From: Treponema sp. UBA1798
Lineage (GTDB): Bacteria > Spirochaetota > Spirochaetia > Treponematales > Treponemataceae
Assembly (NCBI GenBank): GCA_002319875.1
Contig: DCFS01000200.1
Location: forward strand, 1-59,759
DNA length: 59,759 nt
Reading direction: 5' to 3'
Below, piece by piece: positions 25,786 to 36,374 of the stretch. Below the pieces are notes generated by a model. That model saw nothing but the letters and a program-made list of their open reading frames with translations, searched no databases and was not told the DNA's origin. The position numbers were made by a program, and so were the translations under genes. Position 1 is the first letter of the stretch. Each line of letters starts with the position of its first letter.

Positions 25786-26805
25786 ATGAAAAATAAGATA
25801 TTACGGAATATGCTTATTCCCGGAATCTGTGCAATCGTTGTTGTTATTATTCCTGCTTTATTAATCAATTTTTTTATAATAGATGCTTATACTGCCCAAA
25901 TCCTTACCCTCGCCGGGATAAATGCGATAATGGCATTGAGTGTAAATATTATTTGTGGTATTACAGGGCAGTTATCTCTTGGGCAGGCAGGATTTATGGC
26001 TATAGGTGCCTATACGACAGTTTTATTATCAACTGGTGCATTAATGCCTCTGCCTGTCAGTATTATCCTGGCAGGATTTGTAACTGCTTTTTTTGGTTTT
26101 TTAATCGGTTTTCCAACATTAAAACTTGAAGGTGACTATCTGGCGATCGTCACGCTCGGATTCGGAGAAATTATACGTGTTATACTGGTCAACCTGAAGG
26201 CTTGGACTGGCGGACCAAACGGAAAACAGTTTCCAACAGTTCTTACGCTGAATCCGGCTGTTGCGTATCTGGTAATTATTGGTATTTTAACAATTCTTGT
26301 AATCCTTATACAAAATTTTATACGTTCTACATATGGCCGTGCAATTATTGCTGTCAGGGAAGATGAAATTGCCGCAAATTCCAATGGAATCGGTGTGTTC
26401 CGTTATAAAATGGTAGGCTTTGTAATAGCTTCCTTTGTAGCCGGAGTCGGAGGTGCTTTATATGCACCCTTTATTGGCTTTATAAAACCTGATATGGCAT
26501 CTTTTACCAGAAGCATAGATTATCTTATTTACGTCGTTTTAGGCGGTATGGGCTCAACAACAGGAAGTGTTCTTGCTTCATTTGTATTGACTTCTTTACA
26601 GGAGTTTTTGAGATTTTTGCAAAATTACCGGCTATTATTTTATCCGGTTATTCTTATTCTGGTAATGCAGTTTCGTCCGCAGGGCCTGCTTGGAACAAAA
26701 GAATTTTCATTTGTAAAAACATGGGATAGATTACCTGAATTTTTTTCAAAACTGAAAAGAGGAAAAAAACAAAGCGATATACAAAAAGGAGAAAATAATG
26801 CCTGA
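25786..26805 (+). CDS. livM: Branched-chain amino-acid ABC permease LivM
   Basis: SD AGGAGG then ATG 25786; GQLSLGQAGF, GDYLAIVTLGFGEI, PQGLLG. Confidence 0.93.
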   Translation: MKNKILRNMLIPGICAIVVVIIPALLINFFIIDAYTAQILTLAGINAIMALSVNIICGITGQLSLGQAGFMAIGAYTTVLLSTGALMPLPVSIILAGFVTAFFGFLIGFPTLKLEGDYLAIVTLGFGEIIRVILVNLKAWTGGPNGKQFPTVLTLNPAVAYLVIIGILTILVILIQNFIRSTYGRAIIAVREDEIAANSNGIGVFRYKMVGFVIASFVAGVGGALYAPFIGFIKPDMASFTRSIDYLIYVVLGGMGSTTGSVLASFVLTSLQEFLRFLQNYRLLFYPVILILVMQFRPQGLLGTKEFSFVKTWDRLPEFFSKLKRGKKQSDIQKGENNA

Positions 26806-27601
26806 AGATAATTCTTTAATACTGCAGGCTTCCGGTATTTCTATCGTTTTTGGGGGTCTCAGGGCTGTCAGTGATTTTTCCTGTTCGCTATCAAGAAATG
26901 AGCTTGTAGGTCTTATCGGTCCGAATGGTGCCGGTAAGACTACGGTCTTTAATATGTTAAGCGGTATTTATACGCCTACGGAAGGACAGATATCTTTTTG
27001 GGATAATAATGAACGTCTTACTCTTATAAACAGGAAGACCCCGGCCCAGCTTAATAAAATCGGTATAGCAAGAACCTTTCAGAATATCCGGTTATTCAAT
27101 CAGATGACTGTTTCAGATAATGTCAGAGTAGCTATTCATGCACATAGAAATGTTTCTCCTGTTGATGTGCTATTGAGAACTCCCGCTTTTCGTAGAGACG
27201 AGGCAATGATGACTGCCCAAGTCGAAGAACTTCTTTCCTTATTTAAGATAGATAATAAGAAAGAAGAACTTGCAAAAAATCTTCCATATGGGGAACAGAG
27301 GAAACTTGAAATTGTTCGTGCCCTGGCTGCCAATCCAACGATGCTGTTGCTGGATGAACCTGCTGCCGGTATGAATCCGCAGGAAACGGTTGAATTGATG
27401 AAACTGATTGCTTTTATCCGAGAAAAATTCAATCTTACAATTTTGCTTATAGAACATGATATGCGGCTGGTGATGGGTATTTGTGAACGGATTATTGTGC
27501 TGGATTATGGCAAAATTATCGCCGAAGGCAGACCTCAGGATATTCGTTCTAATCCGCAGGTAATAAAGGCGTACCTGGGACAGGAGGCGGTAGATGCTTG
27601 A
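26798..27601 (+). CDS. livG: Branched-chain amino-acid ABC ATPase LivG
   Basis: GPNGAGKTT, ARTFQNIRLF, LPYGEQR, LLLDEPAAG. Confidence 0.95.
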   Translation: MPEDNSLILQASGISIVFGGLRAVSDFSCSLSRNELVGLIGPNGAGKTTVFNMLSGIYTPTEGQISFWDNNERLTLINRKTPAQLNKIGIARTFQNIRLFNQMTVSDNVRVAIHAHRNVSPVDVLLRTPAFRRDEAMMTAQVEELLSLFKIDNKKEELAKNLPYGEQRKLEIVRALAANPTMLLLDEPAAGMNPQETVELMKLIAFIREKFNLTILLIEHDMRLVMGICERIIVLDYGKIIAEGRPQDIRSNPQVIKAYLGQEAVDA

Positions 27602-28298
27602 AGTAAAAGATTTAACAGTTTCGTATGGTGCAATAAAAGCTCTGCGCGGTATATCCTTTGAGGTAAAAGAGGGTGAAATTATAAGCCTGATCGGATCCAA
27701 TGGAGCTGGAAAGACGACAACGCTTCATTCGATATCAAATATAATCAAAAAACAAGGCGGTAGTGTACTGTTCAATGGACAGAATATAACAGATACGGAA
27801 CCGGATAAAATAGTTTCAAAAAGGCTTGTTCAGGTGCCGGAAGGGCGGCGCATATTTGCAAATTTAACAGTACGTGAAAACCTTGAACTTGGCGCATTTT
27901 TGCGGAAAGATAAACCTGGTATTAAAAATGATATGGAAAAAGTATTTGAACTTTTTCCTCGCTTAAAGGAACGTATAAAACAGATTGCCGGAACGTTAAG
28001 TGGTGGAGAATTGCAAATGCTTGCTATGGGGCGGGGTTTGATGGCCAATCCGCGTCTTCTTTTACTTGATGAGCCAAGTATGGGTCTGGCTCCCATTCTT
28101 GTTGATGAAATATTCTCCATAATACAAAAAATAAATAAGGACGGAACGACAATATTACTGGTAGAGCAGAATGCTTTTAAGGCACTGTCTATTGCTGACA
28201 GGGCATACGTGCTTGAGACGGGAACAATAATAAAGTCTGGTGCGGCCGCAGATTTAATAAAAGATTCCGCCGTTAAGGAAGCCTATCTGGGCGGCTGA
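27594..28298 (+). CDS. livF: Branched-chain amino-acid ABC ATPase LivF
   Basis: GSNGAGKTT, VPEGRRIF, LSGGE, LLDEPSMGLAP. Confidence 0.95.
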   Translation: MLEVKDLTVSYGAIKALRGISFEVKEGEIISLIGSNGAGKTTTLHSISNIIKKQGGSVLFNGQNITDTEPDKIVSKRLVQVPEGRRIFANLTVRENLELGAFLRKDKPGIKNDMEKVFELFPRLKERIKQIAGTLSGGELQMLAMGRGLMANPRLLLLDEPSMGLAPILVDEIFSIIQKINKDGTTILLVEQNAFKALSIADRAYVLETGTIIKSGAAADLIKDSAVKEAYLGG

Positions 28299-28329
28299 TA
28301 TTTGTCGATCTGCTTCAGTCAGTAGTTTT

Positions 28330-28358
28330 TTTACAAAGAACGATAATTGTGCTAAAAT
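28330..28358 (+). promoter_or_regulatory. Putative sigma70 promoter of the CBS-ACT gene
   Basis: TTTACA-N17-TAAAAT with extended -10 TG. Confidence 0.6.
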
Positions 28359-28479
28359 AGTGAGGGGAATACAGGATACTGCATAGGGCATTGTTTTGTA
28401 TTGCCAGATACGGATCAATATTTTCAAATCATTGGATTTTTGAAAATATATAACGGGTTATCTTTTCCAGGGAGGAAGT

Positions 28480-29124
28480 ATGAAAGTTCAAGACGTAATG
28501 ACACATAATCCTGTGTATATTTCTCCAGAAGCATCAGTAACAGAAGCTAAGGTTTTGATGACAAAACAGAAAATCAGTAAATTACCTGTTCTGGATAAAA
28601 ATAAACGTCTCGTAGGTATTATAACAAAAAATGATCTTATCAAGGCGGGGCCTTCAGCTGCAACAACGCTTGATATGTATGAAATAGGTTATCTCCTTTC
28701 AAAACTTACTGTAGAAAAGGTAATGCATAAAAAAGTTATAACTGTTACTGAAGATGAAGTTATTGAGGAAGCTGCCCGGATAATGGTTGATACAGATATC
28801 GGCTGTCTGCCGGTGATGAAAGATGATCTTCTCATTGGAATTATTACCGAAAGCGACTTATTCCACGTATTTATTGATTTGTTTGGTGCTCGCCAGAAAG
28901 GTGTCCGGGCTACCTTTGAACTTGATGAAAAACCGGGACAGCTTGCAAAATTGACACAGGCAATAGCTGATCTGGGGGGCAATATTGTTTCTCTCGTTAC
29001 ATGGGAAGGTGAAGATCCTGTTCACCGGCGAATTACTGTTAAGTCAACCGGAACTACGGCTGCCCAGATGGAAAAAATCCTGAAGGATGTGCATGCAGAT
29101 TTGAAGGGGATTCGTGTACTATAA
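28480..29124 (+). CDS. CBS-pair plus ACT domain protein (AcuB-like)
   Basis: Two CBS motifs (LPVLD..LVGIIT; LPVM..IGIITESD) and ACT motif DEKPGQLAKLT. Confidence 0.88.
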   Translation: MKVQDVMTHNPVYISPEASVTEAKVLMTKQKISKLPVLDKNKRLVGIITKNDLIKAGPSAATTLDMYEIGYLLSKLTVEKVMHKKVITVTEDEVIEEAARIMVDTDIGCLPVMKDDLLIGIITESDLFHVFIDLFGARQKGVRATFELDEKPGQLAKLTQAIADLGGNIVSLVTWEGEDPVHRRITVKSTGTTAAQMEKILKDVHADLKGIRVL

Positions 29125-29145
29125 AATGTGTACTTTTATAATTGT

Positions 29146-30597
29146 ATGTATGTTTCAACAGAAGCAATTATAAATCAGTTTCTCAGAACATTTCCGGATA
29201 CTTTTACAGCTAGACAGCTATCTCATATTCTTGCCCGGGCCGGAATAAAGTTTTCTGTACCGGAGTGCAAAGAATATCTTGAAACAAGTCCGTATGTTTT
29301 TGCTCTTGAGAACAAACTTTATATAACCCGTGCAGGTGCATTTACAGGCAAATGGTTTTCTTTTAAACCGGCCAAAGGCGAGATTGAAAGGCAGGTGTTT
29401 ATTGCCGGTCATCGTTGTATGCCCTTTGTTGATAGTGAAGTTCTCAGCAACTCTCTCCAATTTTATTTCAGAGGGAATCGCCTGCCGAATAAAGTTATTG
29501 AAATTGAAAGTTCGAGTGCATTAAATTTTTTTTCGCTTTATGGAGAAGAGTATTCTTCGCAGTATATTGCATCGGATCCTGCAAATAAAACATTAAATCT
29601 TGTACAAAGTGATTTTGAATTGCCTTTTCATGTAAAACTGACCGGTTTTTCTTTTAAACCTATTCTGGAGTATTGTCACTTCCATTATGGAGATCGTCTT
29701 CTGTGTAAACTTCAGGACTGGGATAATGGAAAAATAGAAGTCGTACCGTTACTGATCAAGGAAGACCGGATGAGAATGGCGGTTTCCGATGTTGAACGTC
29801 AGGAATGGTATGAGATTCTTGAAAATGCATTGTTACAGGAATTTAAGAAAATGGGGCCATGTTCCTGTATAGAGGAACAGCTTGCGAATGCTTTTTTTGA
29901 ATATCACAATGAATTGTGTTCCGTAAATTGTGGTTCGGTTGAAGAATATCTTCAGTATTCAAAGAAGGTTGGAATTGAATATTTTGGCGTTGAAACCCGT
30001 TTCTGGTATCGGGGACAGGATGTTCCAGCTGTAGGACCCTGGAACAAAACGGAAAACAGAAATCTGCAGGCTGATGAAAAACATGGGATAATTGATATAC
30101 CGGATTTTATAGTTGATTCCTACCTTAATGATTTTATGTATCAGAAAAAGACAGATTTAAAAGAACTTGTTGAAACAGTTCTTTCCAAATCATTTGTGCT
30201 GACACCGGATGAGAAAAAATATTTTTTATTGCATCTGACTAACAGAAATGTTATACTTTTAAAAAAATATAATTGGTTTGCAGATTTTATAACTGGGGCT
30301 GTCCGGCACAGGGCATTAAAACTATATAACCAGATCAGTACAATGATATATGCGATCGACAGTACAGGAAAGGATCTGGCACGGTTTCCACAGCAGGAAC
30401 TGGTAATATTGTCGCAATTATTTAGTCATTTGACCCATATTCTGGAATCTGTCGAAAATGAACCTGCTACAATAGCAGAGGATTTAGATGAAATGATGCT
30501 TTCACTCGAGGGGATGGAATACAATTTTGAAGATATAAAAGATCAATTATATGCGGCTGTTTCAGAACTGCACAAAGGTGAGTTTACAGTAATTTAA
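29146..30597 (+). CDS. Hypothetical protein (about 480 aa, soluble)
   Basis: Long ORF in line with its neighbours; no recognised motif; start uncertain (GTG 29128 or ATG 29146). Confidence 0.8.
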   Translation: MYVSTEAIINQFLRTFPDTFTARQLSHILARAGIKFSVPECKEYLETSPYVFALENKLYITRAGAFTGKWFSFKPAKGEIERQVFIAGHRCMPFVDSEVLSNSLQFYFRGNRLPNKVIEIESSSALNFFSLYGEEYSSQYIASDPANKTLNLVQSDFELPFHVKLTGFSFKPILEYCHFHYGDRLLCKLQDWDNGKIEVVPLLIKEDRMRMAVSDVERQEWYEILENALLQEFKKMGPCSCIEEQLANAFFEYHNELCSVNCGSVEEYLQYSKKVGIEYFGVETRFWYRGQDVPAVGPWNKTENRNLQADEKHGIIDIPDFIVDSYLNDFMYQKKTDLKELVETVLSKSFVLTPDEKKYFLLHLTNRNVILLKKYNWFADFITGAVRHRALKLYNQISTMIYAIDSTGKDLARFPQQELVILSQLFSHLTHILESVENEPATIAEDLDEMMLSLEGMEYNFEDIKDQLYAAVSELHKGEFTVI

Positions 30598-30608
30598 GGA
30601 GAAAAAAA

Positions 30609-32579
30609 ATGAACGAAAAAGGTATTGCCGCTGCGGCGCTTTCAATCCGCAGCTTAACAATGGATGCTGTGCAGAAAGCAAATTCCGGCCATCCAGGCCT
30701 CCCTATGGGCTGTGCGGAACTTGCTGCAACTTTGTATGGAGAAGTGCTTAAACACAATCCTGCTGATTCAAAGTGGGTTGACAGAGATCGTTTTGTGCTT
30801 TCTGCAGGACATGGTTCAATGCTGTTATATTCTATTCTCCACCTGTGCGGGTATAAAGTTTCTATAGATGATATCAAGCAATTCAGACAGGTAGGTTCGA
30901 AATGTCCCGGGCATCCGGAATATGGGCAGACAGATGGAGTTGAAAATACGAGCGGGCCTCTGGGACAGGGGGTGGCAATGGCTGTTGGAATGGCTGTTGC
31001 AGAAACGATGCTGGCTGCCCGTTTTAATACAGCAAAACACACGATTGTTGATCATTATACCTATTCGCTTGTAGGTGAAGGCTGTCTTATGGAAGGAGTG
31101 TCCTCAGAAGCAAGTAGTCTTGCAGGACACCTGAAACTGGGGAAGCTGATTGTTTTTTATGATGAGAACCGGATAAGTATTGATGGCTCAACAAAGATCG
31201 CTTTTACTGACGATATAGCAAAACGTTATGAAGCATACGGCTGGCAGGTTCTGCAGGGTTCTATGTATAATCCTGCAGAGATTGTATCGCTTGTCAATAC
31301 TGCAAAAGATTGTAAGGATAAACCTACCCTTATAATGCTCAAATCCATAATCGGGAAGGGTGCGCCGAATGAGGGGACTGCTGACGTACATGGAGCTCCT
31401 CTCGGTATTGAAGGGGTTGCTGCGGCTAAAAAAAATCTTGGTCTTCCGGCTGATAAGAATTTCTATGTTCTTCCGGAAGCCTATGAATACTATGAGGGTA
31501 AAAAGAATTCCTGGGAAAAAGCTGAAAAGGCTTGGAAAATTGAGTTTGAAGCATGGTCAAAAGAAAATCCTGCCCTTCGTATTCAATGGGATGCTTTTTA
31601 TGAAGGCAAACCTACAGGACAGACAGGGTTACCGGTATATAAAACAGGTGATAAAGTTGCGACGCGTTCAGCGAGCGGTGAAATGCTTAATGTAATGGCT
31701 TCTCGCTATAAAAATCTGGTTGGCGGTTCTGCGGACCTTATGGGACCAAACAAAACAAAAGTTACCGATGATGATGGAATCTATACTTCCGAAAATCGTA
31801 AAGGGCGGACAATAGAATTTGGTATCCGTGAATTTGCTATGTCTGCGATCAGTGCTGGTATTGCGCTTCATGGAGGATTACGCCCGTTTTGTGCGACGTT
31901 CCTCATCTTCAGTGATTATCTGAGGCCATCCCTCCGTATTGCAGCCCTTATGAAAATCAATACGATATATATTCTGACTCACGATTCTATATTTGTCGGT
32001 GAAGACGGCCCCACTCATCAGCCTGTTGAGACACTGGCTGCATTACGTGCTATCCCGAATGTACAGGTTCTTCGTCCGGGCGATGCCGAGGAGACTGAGG
32101 CAGCATGGGAAATGGCAATGGAAAGTAAGGACCATCCTGTTTGCATGGCTTTTTCGCGTCAGAATTTAGTCGTATACGAAAAAGCAGATCCTGACTGGAA
32201 AAATACAATTCGTACCGGTGCATATATTGTAAAGGAAGGTACAGCGAAGCCGGACATCACTATTCTTGCTACAGGTTCAGAAGTAAATCTTGCGCTTGAG
32301 GCTGTAAAGCAGCTGGGGAACAAACAGATCCGCGTTGTTTCTGTTATCGATCGTACTTTGTTTTCAAAACAGGACGCTGTTATTCGTGACAGGATTATCG
32401 GCGGCGCAAAGAGGATTGTTACCGCAGAAGCCGGTATCAGTATGGGATGGGAGGCGTTCGCTTCATCTGCTGCTGACATGTTCTGTATAAATGGATTTGG
32501 AGAATCAGGTCCTGCATCTAAGGTTGCCGAATTTCTTGGATTTACTGCAGAAAGACTTGTTGAAATATTAAAGAAATAA
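30609..32579 (+). CDS. tkt: Transketolase
   Basis: SGHPG, RDRFVLSAGHGS, GPLGQG, THDSIFVGEDGPTHQP. Confidence 0.98.
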   Translation: MNEKGIAAAALSIRSLTMDAVQKANSGHPGLPMGCAELAATLYGEVLKHNPADSKWVDRDRFVLSAGHGSMLLYSILHLCGYKVSIDDIKQFRQVGSKCPGHPEYGQTDGVENTSGPLGQGVAMAVGMAVAETMLAARFNTAKHTIVDHYTYSLVGEGCLMEGVSSEASSLAGHLKLGKLIVFYDENRISIDGSTKIAFTDDIAKRYEAYGWQVLQGSMYNPAEIVSLVNTAKDCKDKPTLIMLKSIIGKGAPNEGTADVHGAPLGIEGVAAAKKNLGLPADKNFYVLPEAYEYYEGKKNSWEKAEKAWKIEFEAWSKENPALRIQWDAFYEGKPTGQTGLPVYKTGDKVATRSASGEMLNVMASRYKNLVGGSADLMGPNKTKVTDDDGIYTSENRKGRTIEFGIREFAMSAISAGIALHGGLRPFCATFLIFSDYLRPSLRIAALMKINTIYILTHDSIFVGEDGPTHQPVETLAALRAIPNVQVLRPGDAEETEAAWEMAMESKDHPVCMAFSRQNLVVYEKADPDWKNTIRTGAYIVKEGTAKPDITILATGSEVNLALEAVKQLGNKQIRVVSVIDRTLFSKQDAVIRDRIIGGAKRIVTAEAGISMGWEAFASSAADMFCINGFGESGPASKVAEFLGFTAERLVEILKK

Positions 32580-32622
32580 AACAAAGGGGGCTGCTCATTT
32601 TTCCCGGACAGCTCCCTTGTTT
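32580..32622. terminator. Likely bidirectional terminator between tkt and lgt
   Basis: AACAAAGGGGGCTG ... CAGCTCCCTTGTT between convergent genes. Confidence 0.55.
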
Positions 32623-32651
32623 GTTATAGCTATATCATTCTGAACATTACT

Positions 32652-33641
32652 TTATCTTTTCTGCTTATTTCTGTACCAGCAGACAAATCCAAAAAGAATT
32701 CCGCCTGTTATCATTAAAAAACATAATATCTGCCCAGTTGAAATATTAAGGAGCGAGGTATTCAGATAAACCGGCGCAGCAGCGTCCCTGGAAATCCTGT
32801 ATCCTATGTCTGCATCGGGTTCCCGGAAATACTCAATAATAAAACGTACTATCCCATAGCCTGTAATATATATGCTTGTCAGAAAGCCATCAAAACGTCT
32901 GTGCCTGCGCAGGAGCCATAAGCAGCCCCATAAAAACATGCCCTCGAAAAAAGCTTCATAGAGCTGACTCGGATGCCGGGGAAGATTGATGAGGGTCGCT
33001 CCTGAAGAGAGGTCCATACCGGCCTTCAGAGCAAATTCCTTTACCCAGGGAATCGATATTGAAAATTTCTGCGCAGAAGGAAATACCATTCCCCAGGGAA
33101 CTGTTGTAATACGGCCATATAATTCACCATTCAGAAAATTTCCAATACGGCCGAACGTGTATCCGCATGGAATAGCGAGAGCCATAGCATCACACCATTT
33201 CAGGAAGGGTTTCTTATGACGGTGGCACCAGAAAATTATTCCACACAAACCGCCGATAAAACCTCCGTGATATGACATGCCGGCAAGGCCCGTAAATTGT
33301 CCGTCTTCACTGAACGGCCAGAAAATCAACCATGGTTTATGCCAGTATAATCCACTGGTATCGTAGACAAGGGTAGAAAAAATTCTTGCGCCGATAAGCA
33401 GAAAAACAATACCCGTCGAAATAAAACTGAAGATATCATCTTCAGTTGCTTTTATTTTGTCAGTATCAAGGAAACCTTCCCTCAGAGTCTTTTTTAAGAT
33501 GAGGTAGGCTGTGAGGAATGCTGCAATATACATCAAACCATACCATCTTATGAGAGCCAGTAGCGGCACGTTAGGAAAAATCTGCGGATGTATCCACTGC
33601 GGATACGCGATATAAAGTGGTAAATACATGTTAACCTTCAC
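32652..33641 (-). CDS. lgt: Prolipoprotein diacylglyceryl transferase
   Basis: Reads on the MINUS strand (track label wrong): IRWYGLMY, GMSYHGG, RIGNFLNGELYGR, HPSQLYE, EYFREPD; GTG start overlaps the upstream TGA. Confidence 0.97.
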   Translation of the reverse strand: MKVNMYLPLYIAYPQWIHPQIFPNVPLLALIRWYGLMYIAAFLTAYLILKKTLREGFLDTDKIKATEDDIFSFISTGIVFLLIGARIFSTLVYDTSGLYWHKPWLIFWPFSEDGQFTGLAGMSYHGGFIGGLCGIIFWCHRHKKPFLKWCDAMALAIPCGYTFGRIGNFLNGELYGRITTVPWGMVFPSAQKFSISIPWVKEFALKAGMDLSSGATLINLPRHPSQLYEAFFEGMFLWGCLWLLRRHRRFDGFLTSIYITGYGIVRFIIEYFREPDADIGYRISRDAAAPVYLNTSLLNISTGQILCFLMITGGILFGFVCWYRNKQKR

Positions 33642-34789
33642 ACTTTGAATCCCTGCTCAGCAGCTTTTACAAGCTTTGATTTAAGCAGTATATTTTCTTT
33701 TTTTAACTGTGTCAGTTCATATTGCTGTGTTTTAATCATTTCGGAAAGTTCTCCCGTAGTAAAGGTCCCGCTTCCTACGAGATCCTGCAGACCATTCATA
33801 CGTACAGAGAAATCTTCTTCAGCTTCTTCGGTAACAGTCTGGAAAGTATCTGTGTAGCCTGCGCTGTCAGCGATATCGAAGCTCTGGTCAAACTGTCTTG
33901 TCTCTGACGCGAGCAGTTTTTCAGCTATGCGGTATATAGCCTGCGAAAGTACTGTCTGCGGTTTATAAATTATCACCGGCAGGCGGGAAGCAAGAGCCTT
34001 GTCCTGCAGCGTATCCCGGTACATGACACCAAGATATTCAATATCAAGCCCAAGATATTGCGCACATGAATGTTTTATTTTCTGAGCCTTTTCTATATCT
34101 TTTGGATCATCAATCATATTGATGGCAAGTCTGGGACGAAACTGTGCCATGCGGGATGCGAAAATAACCGTATTTTCAGGATCTACGTTTCGCAGCATTT
34201 CGATTATTCTGGGAATGTACAGCCGCTGCATGGATTTGGAATCTACTTTCAGTTTGTTGAGCCACGCATATCCTTTAGATCCCGGCGCATATGTAGTATC
34301 CATGAGCCTGAAAACAGAATTCTTAAGAAAAAGATATGCATTCAGTGTTGCCGTGACGGTAGGGGCTGTAACGATAATTCCCTGAGGAGACATAAGAAAC
34401 ATGTCCAGTATTATCTGATGCGTTCCGGCACCGAGATCGAGAATGACAAAATCAGCCTGCAGTGTTTTTAACTGCCGGATAAGTTTATTCCTCTGAACCG
34501 ATTTTAAAGACGAAAGGCCGGGCATTTCACTGTCGCCGGCAATAAAACTGACATTTTCATATTCGGTTGGTAAAATAATGTCACAGAAATTTCCGCGATC
34601 AGAAAGCCAGGTACCGATTCCCTTACCTGGTGCACTTTGGCCTATTACCAGATGGAGATTTGATGCGCCAAGATCGAGATCTGCAAGTATTACTTTCTTT
34701 CCAGCCTGCCCTAATGCAATTGCAAGGTTGGCTGATAATAAACTTTTTCCGACTCCGCCCTTTCCGCTGGCAACTGGTATTATTTGCAT
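33638..34789 (-). CDS. MinD/FlhG/ParA-family ATPase with C-terminal coiled coil
   Basis: MINUS strand (CAT at 34787-34789); deviant Walker A SGKGGVGKS, DLDLGASN, DLGAG. Confidence 0.92.
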   Translation of the reverse strand: MQIIPVASGKGGVGKSLLSANLAIALGQAGKKVILADLDLGASNLHLVIGQSAPGKGIGTWLSDRGNFCDIILPTEYENVSFIAGDSEMPGLSSLKSVQRNKLIRQLKTLQADFVILDLGAGTHQIILDMFLMSPQGIIVTAPTVTATLNAYLFLKNSVFRLMDTTYAPGSKGYAWLNKLKVDSKSMQRLYIPRIIEMLRNVDPENTVIFASRMAQFRPRLAINMIDDPKDIEKAQKIKHSCAQYLGLDIEYLGVMYRDTLQDKALASRLPVIIYKPQTVLSQAIYRIAEKLLASETRQFDQSFDIADSAGYTDTFQTVTEEAEEDFSVRMNGLQDLVGSGTFTTGELSEMIKTQQYELTQLKKENILLKSKLVKAAEQGFKV

Positions 34790-34837
34790 GGTTGGAAGTA
34801 TATCATATCGTTGTATTTCTGCATAGCTTGAGTCTGC

Positions 34838-34865
34838 TTGACAAATCCTGATGGTAACGTAAAAT
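34838..34865 (+). promoter_or_regulatory. Putative sigma70 promoter of ctpA (leaderless)
   Basis: TTGACA-N16-TAAAAT, 6 nt before ATG 34872, no SD. Confidence 0.65.
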
Positions 34866-34871
34866 ACACTT

Positions 34872-36374
34872 ATGAATAAAAAAATTGGTCATGCAATTTC
34901 AAATCTCTTTCTAACCTTTTGTCTGATTATTTTTGCTTCACAGTGCTTTGCCCAGTCTCCATCGGTTTCAGCAAAGGAAGCTTCGGATTCAACCTTAAAA
35001 TATTTGAGAATTATAAACAGCGTTTTTAATTATGCGCAGCAGAATTATGTTGATGAGGTAGATCCCAAAGTGCTATATGAAGGGGCTATGAAGGGAATGC
35101 TTGAGGCTCTGGGGGATCCCTATACGCTCTATCTCGATGCAGATTCCATGAGAGATCTTACGGATACTACTTCGGGTAACTTCGGGGGCTTGGGGCTCAA
35201 TATAACGAAATTACTTCAGACAACGCCTGATAAACCTGCGTATGTTGAAGTTGTATCTCCTATAGAAAATACACCGGCTGCGAAGGCTGGCATTCAGGCA
35301 GGCGATTATATTACAGCCATAGATGGAACGCCAACACCGGATCTCAGTATGGAAGCAGTTCTTGCCAAACTTCGTGGTGCACCGGGAACTACGGTTGAGG
35401 TTTCACTTCTGCGGGGTTCAAGTATTGAATTCAAGAAAACTCTTGAAAGGGCAATAATTGAAGTTCCCACGGTAAAGTACACGATGATAGATTCTATAGG
35501 ATATATGAAGATAATCCAGTTTACCCCTGAAACGCCGAAGCGTGTACAGGACGGCATTGATTATTTCAAGCAGAAGAAAATAAGCAGCCTTATTATAGAT
35601 GTGCGAAATAATCCCGGCGGATTGATAACGAGTGTTGCGGAGGTTGCAGATAAATTTATAGATTCCGGTACCATTGTTTCGACCAAAAGCCGCCTCGATT
35701 TTCAGGACAGTGTTTTTACAGCAAGTCCGGAAAAGACCACAATGCAGAAAAATATTCCGATTGTTGTTTTGATTAATAAGGGATCGGCAAGTGCTTCTGA
35801 GATACTTTCCGGTGCACTGAAGGATGATCATCTTGCATATCTGGTTGGGCAGAATACTTATGGAAAAGGATCCGTTCAGCAGATGCTTCCGCTGAGTGAT
35901 ACGGATGGTATAAAAATGACTATGGCCCGATATTATACTCCGAGTGATGCCAATATAGATAAGGTTGGCATTCCGCCTGACAGGGAAGTTCTTTTTCCTG
36001 TTTTAACGGCAGACGAGGAAAAAACATACTCGGATCTTATAAAAAATGATGTTATCAGCGGATATGTAAAAAATCATCCGGGCATGTCAGAAAAAGATAT
36101 CGCAGGGTATGCTGCAGTCCTTCAGAAGACATACAAGCTTGACTTGCGTACATTGCGCAGAATTATCCGTCTTGAAGCGGACCGGTCTAAGGGCGGAATT
36201 CTGTATGATCTTGATTATGATGTGCAATTGAATGCTGCACTTGATATTCTTAAAAAAGAAGATTTTACCGCATTAATGAAATCAACAAAAACAATAAAGG
36301 AACTGCAGAAGGCCGCAGCCGGTGCTTCAGTTCTTGCGTCCCAGAATACGGTAACTAAAAAGAATACGCAATGA
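34872..36374 (+). CDS. ctpA: Carboxyl-terminal processing protease (S41A, PDZ)
   Basis: Signal peptide; LGDPYT, PDZ, DVRNNPGG, SASASEI, TYGKGSVQ. Confidence 0.95.
   Translation: MNKKIGHAISNLFLTFCLIIFASQCFAQSPSVSAKEASDSTLKYLRIINSVFNYAQQNYVDEVDPKVLYEGAMKGMLEALGDPYTLYLDADSMRDLTDTTSGNFGGLGLNITKLLQTTPDKPAYVEVVSPIENTPAAKAGIQAGDYITAIDGTPTPDLSMEAVLAKLRGAPGTTVEVSLLRGSSIEFKKTLERAIIEVPTVKYTMIDSIGYMKIIQFTPETPKRVQDGIDYFKQKKISSLIIDVRNNPGGLITSVAEVADKFIDSGTIVSTKSRLDFQDSVFTASPEKTTMQKNIPIVVLINKGSASASEILSGALKDDHLAYLVGQNTYGKGSVQQMLPLSDTDGIKMTMARYYTPSDANIDKVGIPPDREVLFPVLTADEEKTYSDLIKNDVISGYVKNHPGMSEKDIAGYAAVLQKTYKLDLRTLRRIIRLEADRSKGGILYDLDYDVQLNAALDILKKEDFTALMKSTKTIKELQKAAAGASVLASQNTVTKKNTQ

Noticed and set aside
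28384-28402. Possible sigma54 -24/-12 promoter (GGGCATTGTTTTGT)
   Set aside because: It lacks the invariant GC at -12, and a good sigma70 promoter lies just upstream.
32652-34789. ORF track labels lgt and the MinD/FlhG-like ORF as + strand
   Set aside because: The listed proteins only read from the reverse complement (CAT at 34787-34789, CAC at 33639-33641, stop TTA at 32652). This is a labelling error, not biology.
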